The position numbers were made by a program, and so were the translations under genes. Shown here one piece after another: positions 32,927 through 33,111 of a stretch of DNA of 33,111 bases. The DNA comes from Octopus bimaculoides (lineage: Eukaryota). Under the pieces are notes generated by a model that was not told the DNA's origin, made no database searches, and was given only the letters and a program-made list of their open reading frames with translations. The stretch lies in contig NC_068985.1 in NCBI RefSeq assembly GCF_001194135.2, forward strand, positions 53,554,696 through 53,587,806, written 5' to 3'. Each line of letters opens with the position of its first letter. Positions within the stretch are counted from its first letter, which is position 1.

Positions 32927-33111
32927 ATGGAGAAAATGAAGGCGTATGCAGCAGCGACGGGGAGTCGAGCTTCCGTCGTCCTAGGCCTGCTGAAGCAATA
33001 TGAAATACATTGGAATGAAGACATGGCTGAGAAAATTGGAAAATATAAAGAAATGATAAAGAAGGAGGGGCCAAACGTAAAGTTGACCCCATCAGAGGAG
33101 GAAAAGACGAA
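32927..33111 (+). CDS. 5' part of an unidentified ORF open to the window end (MEKMKAYAAATGSRASVVLGLLKQYEIHWNEDMAEKIGKYKEMIKKEGPNVKLTPSEEEKT...), possibly transposon ORF1/gag
   Basis: 61 stop-free codons translated by hand from ATG 32927. The sequence is richer in GC and CpG than its flanks and lies just after a SINE that breaks off at 32843. Confidence 0.4.
   Translation, partial: MEKMKAYAAATGSRASVVLGLLKQYEIHWNEDMAEKIGKYKEMIKKEGPNVKLTPSEEEKT

Noticed and set aside
1-33111. CRISPR arrays, operons, rRNA genes
   Set aside because: No regularly spaced repeat-spacer array or rRNA similarity; the recurring repeats are dispersed SINEs in eukaryotic DNA.

Overview
AT-rich, repeat-dense animal genomic DNA from a gapped scaffold. 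N-runs lie at 933-1466, 6913-7157, 8209-8824, 9863-9872, 12158-12176, 13051-13086, 13617-13855, 14122-14131, 20187-20421 and 25419-25780. The tRNA-derived SINE families and the GATA/TACA/CA microsatellites point to an octopus genome (inference, not database-checked). Only one host coding exon is well supported: 3006-2529 on the minus strand, encoding an N-terminal MGTGAS myristoylation-type motif and ending at a GTAAGT donor. The rest is mostly intronic or intergenic and holds about 30 SINE copies or fragments from four modular families, labelled A-D here. It also carries decayed LINEs (CR1/L2-like, RTE, R4/Dong), a mariner remnant, a mariner MITE, an internally deleted hAT element and a Helentron/DINE-like element. 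The most striking signal is a set of type I hammerhead-ribozyme motifs with palindromic stem III at about 0.3, 13.2, 13.5, 17.8, 26.1 and 26.5 kb, plus a degenerate pair near 29.6/31.0 kb. They are probably remnants of Penelope-like retroelements, and two sets sit in long inverted repeats. Other notable structures are a 76-nt miRNA-like hairpin at 10196-10271, a duplication with a template-switch-type inversion at 5356-5948, and an unexplained ORF start at the right edge that truncates a SINE.
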